From NCBI GenBank assembly GCA_050952625.1, contig JBMNLH010000004.1:128001-192000 (forward strand): DNA of 64,000 bases, written 5' to 3'. Below the pieces are notes generated by a model. The model saw only the letters and a list, made by a program, of their open reading frames with translations, had not been told where the DNA came from and made no database searches. Position 1 is the first letter of the stretch, and every line of letters starts with the position of its first letter. The position numbers were made by a program, and so were the translations under genes. This DNA is from Bacillota bacterium (GTDB taxonomy: Bacteria > Bacillota > Ch66 > Ch109). Shown in pieces: positions 26,222-37,465 of the stretch.

Positions 26222-26872
26222 CTAATATATAACTTCACTATTTGCGGTTGCTGCCTCAAAGCCGGCCTCCTTTAAGACTTTGAGCACCACCTCTTCTTCA
26301 AAGGTATCCAGCTTTAAGAGCAGGTTGCCTTTATCGCCGCCTGGGGAATAAACCGTATGGGTAATATTAACCCCCAGGTCTTTCATGAGCTGAGAGATCT
26401 CGGCTAAAACTCCCACCCGGTTTTCCACCTCCAGATGAATTCGCAAACCGGATTGCCTTACCCCCATAATTTCGATAAAGGCATCAAAAATATCACTCTC
26501 CGTAATAATCCCGACTAATTGACCCTGTTCTATTACCGGGATACCCCCCACGGCATTTTCGCGCATCAAGAGAGCCGCCTGTTCCAGGTAATCGTCCGGG
26601 CTGACAGTCACCACCTTCTGATTCCGCGGTAAGATATCGCCGATTTTGGTTTTCGCCAGGAGGTAATTCAACTCAAAAATGCTCAAGGTTGTCGCCGGCG
26701 ATGGTGAGACCTGGCTAAGATCACGATCCGTCACAATCCCAATCAACTTACCCCGATCAACAACAGGCAGTCGGCGGATTTTGTTATCCTTTATCAGTTC
26801 CAAAGCCTCGGCAATAGTTGTTTTTTTACTAACCGTTATTGGGTTAGGTGTCATTCGACTCCTGACGAGCAT
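26222..26872 (-). CDS. AcuB-like CBS-pair + ACT domain protein
   Basis: IRRLPVV...GIVTDRDL...PSPATTLSIFEL CBS pair and ENRVGVLAEI ACT domain. Confidence 0.88.
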   Translation of the reverse strand: MLVRSRMTPNPITVSKKTTIAEALELIKDNKIRRLPVVDRGKLIGIVTDRDLSQVSPSPATTLSIFELNYLLAKTKIGDILPRNQKVVTVSPDDYLEQAALLMRENAVGGIPVIEQGQLVGIITESDIFDAFIEIMGVRQSGLRIHLEVENRVGVLAEISQLMKDLGVNITHTVYSPGGDKGNLLLKLDTFEEEVVLKVLKEAGFEAATANSEVIY

Positions 26873-27002
26873 TTTGCAGCCCCCCCTTTGTTTTAGCCTA
26901 ATGAAATGACTAACTTCTTGTCATTTTGCATCAAAGTGAAGAATCCGTTGCTCTCCATCAACCCTTAGGAGGAAGGTGAATGCTATAAACTATATCACCC
27001 CT

Positions 27003-27719
27003 TTAGCCCCGACCGCCGCCGAGATACGCTTCTTTGACCTCCTCGCTTTGGGCCAGCTCCTGGGCCGGCCCTTCTAAAACAATTCTGCCGGTCTCCAGGA
27101 CGTAGGCATAGTCAGCAATCGACAGGGCCATATGGGCATTCTGTTCCACTAAGAGAATAGTGGTTCCGGTGCGGTTGATTTCCTGGATAATCTCAAAAAT
27201 TTCCCGGACCAGCAGGGGAGCTAAGCCCATCGACGGTTCGTCCAGCAGCATCAACCGCGGCCGAGCCATTAAAGCTCGTCCAATCGCCAGCATCTGCTGT
27301 TCTCCTCCACTCAGAGTACCGGCCATTTGGCTGCGCCGCTCCTGAAGCCGGGGAAACCGCGTAAAGACCTGATTTAGGTCTTCTTTGATTCCGGCTCGGT
27401 CTTTGCGCAGATAGGCACCTAGTTCTAAATTCTCCATGACCGACATATTCGGAAACACCCGGCGGCCTTCCGGAACTTGAACTACACCCAAGGCCACTAT
27501 GTCTTGGGCTGGTTTACCGTTGATGTTAACATCATGAAACACAATACTCCCGGATTTAGGTTTTAACAGACCGGAGATAGTCCGGAGCGTCGTGCTTTTA
27601 CCGGCCCCATTCGCGCCAATGAGGGTGACAATCTTGCCGGCACCGACTTCCAGGCTTAGATCTTTTAGAGCATGAATTGCGCCATAATAAACGTTGATAT
27701 TAGAAATCTTGAGCAGCAT
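27003..27719 (-). CDS. livF: Branched-chain amino acid ABC transporter ATPase
   Basis: GANGAGKST, VPEGRRVF, LSGGEQQMLAIGRAL, DEPSMGLAP. Confidence 0.95.
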   Translation of the reverse strand: MLLKISNINVYYGAIHALKDLSLEVGAGKIVTLIGANGAGKSTTLRTISGLLKPKSGSIVFHDVNINGKPAQDIVALGVVQVPEGRRVFPNMSVMENLELGAYLRKDRAGIKEDLNQVFTRFPRLQERRSQMAGTLSGGEQQMLAIGRALMARPRLMLLDEPSMGLAPLLVREIFEIIQEINRTGTTILLVEQNAHMALSIADYAYVLETGRIVLEGPAQELAQSEEVKEAYLGGGRG

Positions 27720-27722
27720 CGC

Positions 27723-28499
27723 TCATAATACCTCCTCGCCCAGGTAAGCCTCAATCACCCGGGGGTTATGTTTGATTCCTTCGGGATCTCCCTGAGCGAT
27801 CAACATCCCATAATCAAGAACATAAATCCGTTCACAGACTCCCATAACTAGAGACATATCATGTTCGATTAAAAAAATGGTTAAGGAAAACTCCTCTCTG
27901 ACCCAGCGGATTAGCTGCATCAAATCCTGGGTCTCCTGGGGATTCATGCCGGCAGCCGGTTCATCCAGCAACAGAAGCTGCGGCTTAGTAGCCAAGGCCC
28001 GGGCAATTTCCAAACGGCGTTGTTCCCCATACGGCAGATTCCGGGCTAACTCATCTCTTTTGTTATCCAACTTAAAAATTTTTAATACTTCTAACGCCTG
28101 TCGGGTGATCTTTTCCTCGCCGCGCTTAAAGATACCCAGTCTGAAAATAGCACTACTCACTCCATAGGTAGCATGACGGTGAAGAGCAATCCGGACATTG
28201 TCCAGAACAGACAAATTGGCAAAAAGACGAATATTTTGGAAGGTCCGCGCGATTCCCTGGCGGGTGATCTGATAAGGTTTACAGCCTACCAGACTGCTGC
28301 CTTGAAACTCAATCTCTCCCCGGCTAGGCAAGAATACGCCGGTTAAGAGATTAAACACGGTGGTTTTCCCGGCCCCGTTAGGACCAATCAAGCCTACTAA
28401 TTCTCCCGCTTCGATCTCGAGGCTCAGATTATTGACCGCGTTTAACCCGCCAAAAGATTTAGATAGTTTTCTGATGCTGAGGAAGCTTATCCTGATCAC
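27723..28499 (-). CDS. livG: Branched-chain amino acid ABC transporter ATPase
   Basis: GPNGAGKTT, ARTFQN, LPYGEQRRLEIARALA, EAYLG. Confidence 0.95.
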   Translation of the reverse strand: MIRISFLSIRKLSKSFGGLNAVNNLSLEIEAGELVGLIGPNGAGKTTVFNLLTGVFLPSRGEIEFQGSSLVGCKPYQITRQGIARTFQNIRLFANLSVLDNVRIALHRHATYGVSSAIFRLGIFKRGEEKITRQALEVLKIFKLDNKRDELARNLPYGEQRRLEIARALATKPQLLLLDEPAAGMNPQETQDLMQLIRWVREEFSLTIFLIEHDMSLVMGVCERIYVLDYGMLIAQGDPEGIKHNPRVIEAYLGEEVL

Positions 28500-29511
28500 C
28501 CCGCTTTCTTCGGAAGAGATCGGTCACCTCCCGGGTACCGAGCAGCCCCTGAGGTCGGATCAGCATGACAATTATTAAAATCAAAGAAAAAATGATGACC
28601 CTGAGCTCCACAAATTGACGCAACATTTCGGTTACCAGCGTAACGAAGACGGCGGCGGTAATCGAACCGGTAATACTTCCCAGGCCCCCTAATACTACCA
28701 TCACTAGAATATCAATTGACCGGAGAAAGTCAAAAATTTGCGGGCTGATATAAACAAATAAGTGCGCAAACAGGGCACCGGATAATCCCGCAAAAAAGGC
28801 CCCAATTGAAAAGGCCAGCACCTTGTACCGGGTAGTATTGATTCCCATTGCCTCCGCGGCGATCTCGTCTTCGCGGACCGAGATAAAGGCCCGGCCATGG
28901 GTGGAATTGATTAAGTTCGCGATAATTAGGACCGCGAAAACCATTAAGACAAACGCCCAGGTAAAGTTGGTATACTTTGGCACAGCATAGCCCCGGGCCC
29001 CTCCCACCACGTCCAGGTTGATCAAGATAATTCGAATGATTTCACCAAGGCCAAGAGTGGCAATCGCCAGATAATCCCCCCGCAATCTTAAGGTAGGTAA
29101 GCCAACTAAAAAACCCAATATGGCGGCAGCTACCGCCCCAGCTAGAATCACCAAAAGAAACAAGCCAATCCGAACTAAAAAATCCAGCCACTCTATCCCG
29201 GGCAAGGACATAGGATTAACGACATTCCGGCTTAAAAAGGCACTTACGTACGCTCCTACGGCCATAAAGCCGGCATGGCCTAAAGAAAACTGACCAGTAA
29301 AGCCGTTGATTAAGTTTAAGCTGACCGCCAGCACAATGTTGATGCAAACGAGGGACAGAATCTGCATATGGTAGGGATTTAAGTTCCCGGCTCCCTCCAG
29401 ACCTAATACCGTTAGGTAAAAGGCTAAGGCCAAACCTAAGAAGAGCCAGCGTAAACCGCGGGGAGTTTTCCCCGGATCAGAACCCGAATTGTTTTTAGTT
29501 ATCTCAGCCAT
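28459..29511 (-). CDS. livM: Branched-chain amino acid ABC permease
   Basis: GQFSLGHAGF and LRLRGDYLAIATLG motifs. Confidence 0.93.
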   Translation of the reverse strand: MAEITKNNSGSDPGKTPRGLRWLFLGLALAFYLTVLGLEGAGNLNPYHMQILSLVCINIVLAVSLNLINGFTGQFSLGHAGFMAVGAYVSAFLSRNVVNPMSLPGIEWLDFLVRIGLFLLVILAGAVAAAILGFLVGLPTLRLRGDYLAIATLGLGEIIRIILINLDVVGGARGYAVPKYTNFTWAFVLMVFAVLIIANLINSTHGRAFISVREDEIAAEAMGINTTRYKVLAFSIGAFFAGLSGALFAHLFVYISPQIFDFLRSIDILVMVVLGGLGSITGSITAAVFVTLVTEMLRQFVELRVIIFSLILIIVMLIRPQGLLGTREVTDLFRRKRGDQDKLPQHQKTI

Positions 29512-29605
29512 CCTTTGTCACCAACTTTCCAACACGCAGAGGCCATTGCCTTGAACCAACATTGCCTTGAACCAAAACAAAAGCCTAAATATATTTTACC
29601 ACTCG

Positions 29606-30493
29606 CTACACTTTCTCGCTTTGGTTTTTGCCTAAAATACCAGTTGGCTTGATCAGCAGAATAATAATCAAGATAGCAAAAGCAATAGCATCGCGATAAT
29701 CCGAGGACCAGAAGCCGACTACCAGTAACTCAGCCACTCCCATGACTAATCCGCCCAGCATTGCCCCGGGAATTATCCCGATTCCTCCCAAGACCGCCGC
29801 GACAAAGGCTTTAAGCCCGGGCAGGATGCCCATATAAGGGTCAATGCGCGGATAAGCAATGCCGACCAAAATACCGGCGGCCGCAGCCAAGGCGGAACCA
29901 ATCGCGAAAGTTACGGAAATTGTGCGATCCACATTAATGCCCATTAACCGGGCCGCATCCCGATCTTGAGAAACCGCCCGCATGGCCTTGCCGGTCCGAG
30001 TGCGGTAGATAATAAATTGCAGGATAATAATCAAAGCCAGGGATACCCCAAAAATCAGCAATTGCACGTTGCTGACCTGCACCCCGCCTAGATCAAACAC
30101 CTTAATGGCGAAAAGCTCCGGGAAGGGCCGTGGATCCGGGCCAACCCGCCAGCGCATCATATTTTCTAAAAATAACGAAACCCCGATCGCCGTAATTAAC
30201 GCGGTAATCCGGGGGGAATCGCGCAGTGGCCGATAAGCTACCTTTTCGATAATTACCCCTAGGATAGAACAGACCGCCATTGCCACCAACAGGGTTGGCA
30301 GGAAGGGCAGTCCATAGTTAGCCACCGCAAAGAAACCCACAAACGCTCCCACCATGTAGATGTCTCCATGGGCAAAGTTAATCAGTTGGACAATTCCGTA
30401 AACCATGGTGTAGCCGATGGCGATTAGCGCATAGATGCTGCCCAGGGCCAGTCCATTAACCAATTGTTGAATAAATTCCAAAATATTCCTCAC
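29606..30493 (-). CDS. livH: Branched-chain amino acid ABC permease
   Basis: GSIYALIAIGYTMVYG...INFAHG motif. Confidence 0.95.
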   Translation of the reverse strand: MRNILEFIQQLVNGLALGSIYALIAIGYTMVYGIVQLINFAHGDIYMVGAFVGFFAVANYGLPFLPTLLVAMAVCSILGVIIEKVAYRPLRDSPRITALITAIGVSLFLENMMRWRVGPDPRPFPELFAIKVFDLGGVQVSNVQLLIFGVSLALIIILQFIIYRTRTGKAMRAVSQDRDAARLMGINVDRTISVTFAIGSALAAAAGILVGIAYPRIDPYMGILPGLKAFVAAVLGGIGIIPGAMLGGLVMGVAELLVVGFWSSDYRDAIAFAILIIILLIKPTGILGKNQSEKV

Positions 30494-30518
30494 CCCTGTC
30501 AGCCATAATTGGCAACAA

Positions 30519-30546
30519 GAGTAGGGGAACCGAGTTCCCCTACTCC
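30519..30546. terminator. Intercistronic hairpin between livK and livH
   Basis: gagtaggggaac-cga-gttcccctactc perfect stem. Confidence 0.65.
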
Positions 30547-30650
30547 GTAACCTTAGACGTCTCTTATTTGTTTAAGGCTATCGTGTTTAAGGCTAGCGTA
30601 TTAAATTGCGGGGTTTGAAAATATCTTAATCCGTTATTGGTTAGACATGG

Positions 30651-31826
30651 TTAAGGTAAAAATCTGGTTAGGAATTGCTGCTTACCCTCTTTTACCTCAA
30701 CGAAAGTAACCGACTTAATCGGGTTGCGGTTTTCATCCAGACTAATCGTGCCGGTAATTCCCTCGAAATCTTTCAGGCCATTAAGGGCATCCTTGATTTT
30801 CGCCTTATCTAATCCACCGGCCGCGTTGATGGCGTTCATTAAGGCATTCGCCGCGTCGTATCCCAGAGCAGCAAATGAATCTGGTTCTTTACCTTGATAC
30901 TTGTTTTTATAGGCTTCCACAAACGCTTTGGTCGCCGGGTCGGCAGCCGAGTAATGACAGCTGAAGATAGCTCCCTCAACTGCGTCGCCGCCAATTTCGA
31001 ACAATTGTGGTGAATCCCAACCATCCGCTCCCATCAATCTGGCGGTTAGACCTTGTTGCTTGGCCTGTTTGGCGATTAGGCCGACTGTATTATAGTAGTC
31101 GGGTAAGAACAAGATATCCGGATTGGTGCCCTTGATCTTGGTTAACTGACCATTGAAGTCCTGCTCACCTTTGCCATAGGTCTGTTCCTCAACAATGGTC
31201 CCGCCTAATTTAGTAAACTCTTCCCGGAACGAAGTCGCCAGACCGGTTGAGTAATCGTCCTGTTTATTATAAAGGATCGCTGCACTTTTAACTTTCAAGG
31301 TCTCAATGGCATACTTAGCCACTGCTTTACTCTGGTAAGGATCCAAGAAACAGATCCGAGAGATGTAGTCTCCGTTTTCGGTCACGTTCGTTGCCGTAGA
31401 GGTAGGGGTAATCATCGGCACCTGAGATGCCTGCGCTGAAGGAGCGGCGGCATTACTGCAGGAGCTGATAGTCGCACCAATGATCGCCGCTACGCCGTCC
31501 TGGTTAATCAGTTTCTGGGCCGCATTGCTGGCGTCATCAATCTTGCCTCGATCGTCCTCAACGATCGCCTTCACCTGACGACCACCGAGAATGCCACCTT
31601 TTTGGTTCATCTCCTCAATCGCCAAGAGAATTCCGTTATTAGCCGAGGTTCCATAGGTCGATACTTCCCCGCTCAGTGAATTAATAACGCCAATTTTAAC
31701 TTCTTCTGGAGGAGCCTGTCCAGCTGGAGGGGTTAGTTCGGTCTTACCCCCACAACCGGCGATAATGCTTAAGCTAAACATAAGAACCAAAAACAGGGCT
31801 AGTGTCTTTTGTCTCTTCATGACCAT
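30651..31826 (-). CDS. livK: Branched-chain amino acid binding lipoprotein
   Basis: Lipobox IIAGC and LivJ/K-type periplasmic-binding fold motifs (GADGWD, ALGYDA). Confidence 0.9.
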   Translation of the reverse strand: MVMKRQKTLALFLVLMFSLSIIAGCGGKTELTPPAGQAPPEEVKIGVINSLSGEVSTYGTSANNGILLAIEEMNQKGGILGGRQVKAIVEDDRGKIDDASNAAQKLINQDGVAAIIGATISSCSNAAAPSAQASQVPMITPTSTATNVTENGDYISRICFLDPYQSKAVAKYAIETLKVKSAAILYNKQDDYSTGLATSFREEFTKLGGTIVEEQTYGKGEQDFNGQLTKIKGTNPDILFLPDYYNTVGLIAKQAKQQGLTARLMGADGWDSPQLFEIGGDAVEGAIFSCHYSAADPATKAFVEAYKNKYQGKEPDSFAALGYDAANALMNAINAAGGLDKAKIKDALNGLKDFEGITGTISLDENRNPIKSVTFVEVKEGKQQFLTRFLP

Positions 31827-32331
31827 TCCACCTTTCTGGCTAGATTTGCGGAATTTTAATTACTCCCATTAAGCTGCGGTTTTCACCCCCCTAAAACAAA
31901 GATCCTGCAGGGGATCAGGAAGACAGGTTTGCTGTCCCGATTTCACTGTCCCAATAAGCAATACTTATATTTTAATCGGTCAGCCGGTTACACTGGGCAT
32001 TAATTGTCGATTACTTTAATCTTAATCGTCGATCACATTAATCGTCGATCCTCGAGCCTGGGTGTCAAACTAGCCCTTAGACTTAGACAGGCTGCCGGCC
32101 TATCTTCAGGTCGCTGACCTCTGTAAAATTAGACGATCTTGGTTTTTTATTGAGGCACTGCTAACAGAATGGGAATTAAGCTAAAGAAAGGTGCAAAGAA
32201 ATAATTGTCATTTAGCGAATGGCTAAAAACAATTGACTAATCATAAAATTATTACTCAATGAAAACAATATACACTTATTTACAGGCCATGTCAACCATT
32301 TCTAGTCTGGGTTGTCAAGGACTGTCATACC

Positions 32332-34266
32332 TTAATACAGTACGCGTTTGTCGCCACTGCGGCGAGTCAGCTTTTCTCGGTCAAAGTATTCCAGCAAAGG
32401 TAAGATATATTTACGCGATCCACCCAGCAGTTCTCGGGCTTCGCTAATGGTTAGGGAGGGATTATGCTTTAAATAATTGATTATGGTCTCCCGGGCTTCT
32501 GTTATCTCTTCTGCGCGGAAGTAAAGGTCGTCGGCTACCTTAACTAGTAACTTCTGGTTAAGGCAGTAGTTTAGGATCTCATCATATTCATTTTCCTTTA
32601 AGGATAATGTTTGGGATAGTGTCTGGCGCAACTCTCCCCAGGCCGGCGGCTGAAACCGGGCTGTTTGATAATGGCGAAGGATTTCCGCCACTACCGAACG
32701 GTAGTGTTCCGTAAGCTGAGGACGATGTCCGTGCTGGGCCACGCTTTGGCCAATTAGCGAAATTAATCGGCCTTCCTCCCAGTGCTGCAACAGGGCGTTC
32801 AATAGTTTAACCGAAAAATAATTGAACTTACGCGAGCGCAGCTCCTCTTTACTCAGACCAGGGCGCAACGGAAACTCACGATGGTAATCACCCAACACTT
32901 CACGAACATCTTCCTGGAGATCAGCATAGACCTGAGGATGAATCAAGTAGTCTGACCCTTCTAAACTCAGGAACACGACGCGGCCCTCTTCCTGCAGGCG
33001 TTCGAGTCCTGAGGCAATTTCCTCCTTAGTCAGTCCAAGCCGATTGCTCAGGTCACCATGGGCAACAAAGGGCGGATGGGCGTGCAACAAATCCTGGAGA
33101 ATCAGTTCCTCTGGGGTTCCCTTTTCTTTAATCGTCAAGGCTTGGATGACTTCCGGCCGAAACCGTTTCTGTTTGGGAGGATTGGGGTCAATCACGGTCC
33201 CCCCGCCAATCGTGAACATTGGTGAATAAGAACGCAGGACAAATCGATCCCGACGGGCCGCGACCACTGGTTCTTCCATCACCAATTGGGCAAAGGCACG
33301 ATTACCGGGGGCAAGCTCTTCATCTTCCAGCAACACAACGCGACCCAAGGCTTCGCGGGTCCCCAGATGAAACCGGATGCGTGTCCAGTTTTTAATCGCC
33401 CGCTCAGCCGAAGCTAGGAGCTCAAGTTGAACATCCAGCCGGTAAGTCGAACTCAGGTACCCCGGGGCCAGCAGGACGCTGCCGCGCCGAATATCCCGGG
33501 TCTCCAAACCCGTCAAATTTATCGCTACCCGTTGGCCGGCTTTCGCCTCGTCTACCTTCTGGCCGTGGACTTGAAGACCGCGCACCCGGGTAGAGTAACC
33601 TTCCGGGAGAATCTCCACCGTGTCGCCGGCCTTTAACCGACCGGAAAACAGAGTGCCGGTGACGACGGTCCCAAAACCGGTAATGGAAAAGACGCGGTCG
33701 ATGGGGAGGCGGACCTTGCCGGTGACCTCTTTTTCAACGACCTCCGCTGCCATTCGATCCAAAAGTTCTAGCAGTTCAGCCATTCCTTCCCCTGTCTTAG
33801 AGGATACGGCCACTATTTCCGCTTCAGCTAAGACAGTCCCCTTCACGGTCTCCCGAATGTCTTCTTCGACTAAGAGCAGCCAGTCTTGATCGACCAGATC
33901 TTTCTTAGTCAACACTATTAAACCTTTTTTTATTTCCAGCAGATTGATGATATCCAAGTGTTCCCGGGTTTGCGGCATCACGCCTTCATCAGCGGCGACA
34001 ACCAACAGCACTAGATCAATCCCGGTTGCTCCAGCCAGCATGTGTTTGATAAATCGTTCGTGCCCGGGGACATCCACAATCCCGGCCTGCAGACCGCTGG
34101 GCAGCGTCAAGGGGGCAAACCCTAGTTCAATTGAGATTCCTCTCTCCTTCTCCTCTTTTAAGCGATCAGTATCTATCCCGGTAATCCGTTTAACCAACTG
34201 GGTCTTTCCGTGATCGACATGACCCGCGGTCCCAATGATAATATGCTTGCCTTGACCTGGTATCAT
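32332..34266 (-). CDS. selB: Selenocysteine-specific elongation factor
   Basis: [17 protein letters not shown] and C-terminal WH domains ([13 protein letters not shown]). Confidence 0.97.
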   Translation of the reverse strand: MIPGQGKHIIIGTAGHVDHGKTQLVKRITGIDTDRLKEEKERGISIELGFAPLTLPSGLQAGIVDVPGHERFIKHMLAGATGIDLVLLVVAADEGVMPQTREHLDIINLLEIKKGLIVLTKKDLVDQDWLLLVEEDIRETVKGTVLAEAEIVAVSSKTGEGMAELLELLDRMAAEVVEKEVTGKVRLPIDRVFSITGFGTVVTGTLFSGRLKAGDTVEILPEGYSTRVRGLQVHGQKVDEAKAGQRVAINLTGLETRDIRRGSVLLAPGYLSSTYRLDVQLELLASAERAIKNWTRIRFHLGTREALGRVVLLEDEELAPGNRAFAQLVMEEPVVAARRDRFVLRSYSPMFTIGGGTVIDPNPPKQKRFRPEVIQALTIKEKGTPEELILQDLLHAHPPFVAHGDLSNRLGLTKEEIASGLERLQEEGRVVFLSLEGSDYLIHPQVYADLQEDVREVLGDYHREFPLRPGLSKEELRSRKFNYFSVKLLNALLQHWEEGRLISLIGQSVAQHGHRPQLTEHYRSVVAEILRHYQTARFQPPAWGELRQTLSQTLSLKENEYDEILNYCLNQKLLVKVADDLYFRAEEITEARETIINYLKHNPSLTISEARELLGGSRKYILPLLEYFDREKLTRRSGDKRVLY

Positions 34267-34288
34267 TTAATTACTGCTCCTTCCCATA

Positions 34289-34463
34289 GGACAGGGGGAC
34301 AGGTTCGCTGTCCCGGTTTAGCTTACCGACTATTCAACGCGCGTGTATATAAATAATAGCATCCGCAGTCAGCCATGGCGGGCTCAAACAGTGATGCCGG
34401 CTGATCCTCAGTCGCTTCTGTTCTCTGATGTAAATCGCCAATCGCTAAACTTCTAAAAACGCG
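34289..34463. repeat. Family C hairpin (34289-34315) and partial family A copy (about 34380-34463) in the selA-selB spacer
   Basis: ggacagggggacaggttcgctgtcccg, and ggctcaaacagtgatgcc...aaatcgccaatcgct. Confidence 0.75.
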
Positions 34464-34492
34464 AGGTTTCTTCATGATGTTACTGTAAATGG

Positions 34493-35965
34493 CTATGGAT
34501 CTATAATAACATCGTTATTCGGTGTGGTTCCCTCTTCCAAACTGGCGGCTATCGCCGCAACCAGCCGGTCATACTCGGCTTCGTTAATCGTGCGGACATC
34601 CAAAATAACCTGTTCATCATGAATCCGAACCAGGACCGGGTCTGGCTGGCAGCGCAACGCTTTCGCCAGAGCAGCGGCGGAGATTGCCTTGGCCCTCACC
34701 GTAACTAACCAGGTCGGCAGCTCCTGACCCGGCATTGATCCGCCGCCAACGACTGATTGACCCGGAAGTACGTTTAATTCTAGTCTCCCCTCCCCGATCG
34801 ACTCCCTAATCCGGACAAGTAACTGATCGGCTTTTTGCCTTAGCTGCTCCTGGGAAATCGTCAGCATCCGCAACGTGGGAATGGTTTCTAAGGCCCGGTT
34901 TGGATTAAGGTACTCGCGTAAGGTAGCCTCCAAGGCGGCTAAGGTTAATTTATCAATCCGCAGGGCACGCAGCAGGGGATTTTTTTTCATCTGATCAAGG
35001 TACTGCTTTTTGCCGACGATAATCCCGGCCTGGGGGCCGCCGAGCAGCTTATCACCACTAAAAGTAACAATATCCGCTCCCACCCGAATACTATCCTGAA
35101 TTAAAGGCTCCGCCGGCAACCCCCAATTTTGCAAATCTAACAACAAGCCGCTGCCCAGATCCTCCATAACCGGCAGCCCTCTTTCTCGGCCAAGGGAGAC
35201 TATTTCTTCCAGAGCGGTCTCCTGGGTAAAACCGATAATTCGGTAGTTGCTGGTGTGCACCTTTAATAATAAAGCAGTCTGGTCGTTTATTGCTTGCGCA
35301 TAATCCCGGCGGTAAGTCTTGTTGGTTGTCCCCACCTCCCGCAAGACAGCCCCGCTCTGGCTCATTACCTCCGGCACGCGGAAAGATCCCCCGATTTCCA
35401 CCAGCTGTCCCCGGGAGACAATCACCTCACGGTCCCGGGCTAGCGTATTCAGGGCTAACAGTACCGCTGCCGCGTTATTGTTCACCACCAAACTAGCCTC
35501 CGCCCCGGTCAACTGCCGTAATAACCATTCCGTATGGGCGTAACGCGATCCGCGTTCCCCGGTCACTAGATCCAGCTCTAAGTTACTATAGTTGCCCCCT
35601 ACCTGCTGCAGGACCGTCCGGGCCCCCTCTCCTAAACAGGCTCGGCCCAGATTAGTATGCAGAACCACGCCGGTCGCATTAATTACTGGTCGCAGACTAA
35701 ACTGAGTTTTCTGCCGAACCCCGATGGTTACCTCGTCTACTACCCGGTTGAGGATGGTCCGGCGTTCCCCGGTGCCACCTGGATCCTGGCTCTGAATTGG
35801 CACCTGAACTAACTCGGTTCGCAGCCGGTCCAAGACTTCCCGGATTGTATCCGTTACCAAAACCCGGGCATACCAGGATAACAAAGTTTGGATCCGATCA
35901 TCACGCAAAACCATATCGACCGCCGGTAAATGCCGGAGGGAATTATCCTGAAGTTTTTCACGCAT
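34493..35965 (-). CDS. selA: L-seryl-tRNA(Sec) selenium transferase
   Basis: VINATGVVLHTNLGRA, VEIGGSFR and FSGDKLLGGPQAG motifs. Confidence 0.97.
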   Translation of the reverse strand: MREKLQDNSLRHLPAVDMVLRDDRIQTLLSWYARVLVTDTIREVLDRLRTELVQVPIQSQDPGGTGERRTILNRVVDEVTIGVRQKTQFSLRPVINATGVVLHTNLGRACLGEGARTVLQQVGGNYSNLELDLVTGERGSRYAHTEWLLRQLTGAEASLVVNNNAAAVLLALNTLARDREVIVSRGQLVEIGGSFRVPEVMSQSGAVLREVGTTNKTYRRDYAQAINDQTALLLKVHTSNYRIIGFTQETALEEIVSLGRERGLPVMEDLGSGLLLDLQNWGLPAEPLIQDSIRVGADIVTFSGDKLLGGPQAGIIVGKKQYLDQMKKNPLLRALRIDKLTLAALEATLREYLNPNRALETIPTLRMLTISQEQLRQKADQLLVRIRESIGEGRLELNVLPGQSVVGGGSMPGQELPTWLVTVRAKAISAAALAKALRCQPDPVLVRIHDEQVILDVRTINEAEYDRLVAAIAASLEEGTTPNNDVIIDP

Positions 35966-36030
35966 AGACTATGTTATTTACTCCTATTCTCACCTTTAAT
36001 CTAACAATCTTTTCCCTATTGTACCAAAGT

Positions 36031-37110
36031 TCAGTGCAGGTTGCCAGACTCGGACAGGGATTCCAAAGCCCGCCAGGTTAGGCCAACCAGCAGCACCAGA
36101 CCGACATAGCCGAAAACCGGGTAGATCAGCCGAACCAGTTGCCCAAACCCCAACTGAGCCAGGGGGGCGGCTAAAACTAAAATCACCAGCAGCATAGGGA
36201 AATAAGGAATTTTCAGGGTCCGCGCCAGCCGCAGGGTCAGGGTATAGGCACAGGCAACAGCGGTGGTCAGAATGCCCATGCCTAATACCAGAGTATACAA
36301 CAGTTTAACGCCTGGATGAATCTGACCGGCCAAGTATAACATAGGAACCTGATACCCAGCTATTTGGGGCCAGTTGCTCGCCAGGGCCCCCACAATAACA
36401 CCGGCAAATATCCCCAGGCCAAGGCCACCCCAGATTCCGGCCATATTTAAGTTCGGACCAAAGTTGGGACCCGCTAAAGAAACCAAGATAGTTAGGCCAA
36501 GAATTAGATTATAAGAGACATACAATACCCCGGCCAGGACCCAGGAATGGGTAATTGGCTCCATTGACAAAACTGCCGCATCGGGGATGATCGGAGTATA
36601 AGGTGAGGTAAAGATAATCAGACCAGAAACCAGGATAACTAGCAGGAATTTGGCCGGCATCAAAACTGTATTCAGCCATAAAACTCCCTGAACATTGGCA
36701 AATAAAACAGCCGCTACTCCCAGACCGAGTAAAAACACCCCCCAATTAAAAGGCAGCCCCAAATGCTCGTCAAACACCGCCCCGGCTGCGGACAACATAA
36801 TCCCCAGCCCGCTAAATAGGAAAATCCCGATCATCAAATCAAACAGCCCGGCCGCCCTGATTCCTAACAGACGCTTGAGAAAACTGCCGTAATCCGAACT
36901 CTGATAGAGCTGACTCAGAGATAACGTAATCCAGCCATACACCGCAAAAAGCACCGCCACGATAATCAGGGCCGGGACTTTTTTTCCCTCCAAACTAACA
37001 AAAAACTGCATTAACTCCTGGCCCGAGGTAAAGCCAGCCCCCACAATTGCCCCGATATAGCAAAACGCTACTTTAAAGACGATCGCCTGATAACCGCCAG
37101 GACCATTCAA
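36031..37110 (-). CDS. YkvI-family membrane protein
   Basis: YIGAIVGAGFTSGQE...F motif, next to yyaC, with a sigma-E-like promoter TCATAC-14-CATAAAT at 37157-37185. Confidence 0.8.
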   Translation of the reverse strand: MNGPGGYQAIVFKVAFCYIGAIVGAGFTSGQELMQFFVSLEGKKVPALIIVAVLFAVYGWITLSLSQLYQSSDYGSFLKRLLGIRAAGLFDLMIGIFLFSGLGIMLSAAGAVFDEHLGLPFNWGVFLLGLGVAAVLFANVQGVLWLNTVLMPAKFLLVILVSGLIIFTSPYTPIIPDAAVLSMEPITHSWVLAGVLYVSYNLILGLTILVSLAGPNFGPNLNMAGIWGGLGLGIFAGVIVGALASNWPQIAGYQVPMLYLAGQIHPGVKLLYTLVLGMGILTTAVACAYTLTLRLARTLKIPYFPMLLVILVLAAPLAQLGFGQLVRLIYPVFGYVGLVLLVGLTWRALESLSESGNLH

Positions 37111-37251
37111 CAGATCCCCTCCCCAATCCCACTTATCTATTAACTTAAGGCATTAGATATTTATGCTGCTTAATTCGAAGTATGAACATATTCTATTGGC
37201 TGGAAAGTCTTAGGGTGTGATAGAGGCAGGGGATCTATTTCAAAAAAAAGT

Positions 37252-37281
37252 GTATGAAGTTAAGTCGGTTGGGCAAGGTTA
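37252..37281 (+). promoter_or_regulatory. Putative sigma-F promoter of yyaC
   Basis: GTATG-15-GGCAAGGTTA. Confidence 0.5.
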
Positions 37282-37465
37282 TATAACAGCTAAAGAGAGC
37301 TGCCGCCACGGGCACAGTGGGATCCATTTTCATAAAGACATAGAACAAGTATTTCAGCAAAGTATCAAAAAGTATCAATAAGAAAGGTGGTGCCGATCCG
37401 GTTTCTGACTGCAGGGCAAAAAAGCTTTTCAGTAAATTTTGCGTAAGGATTAGGAACCGGGTACT

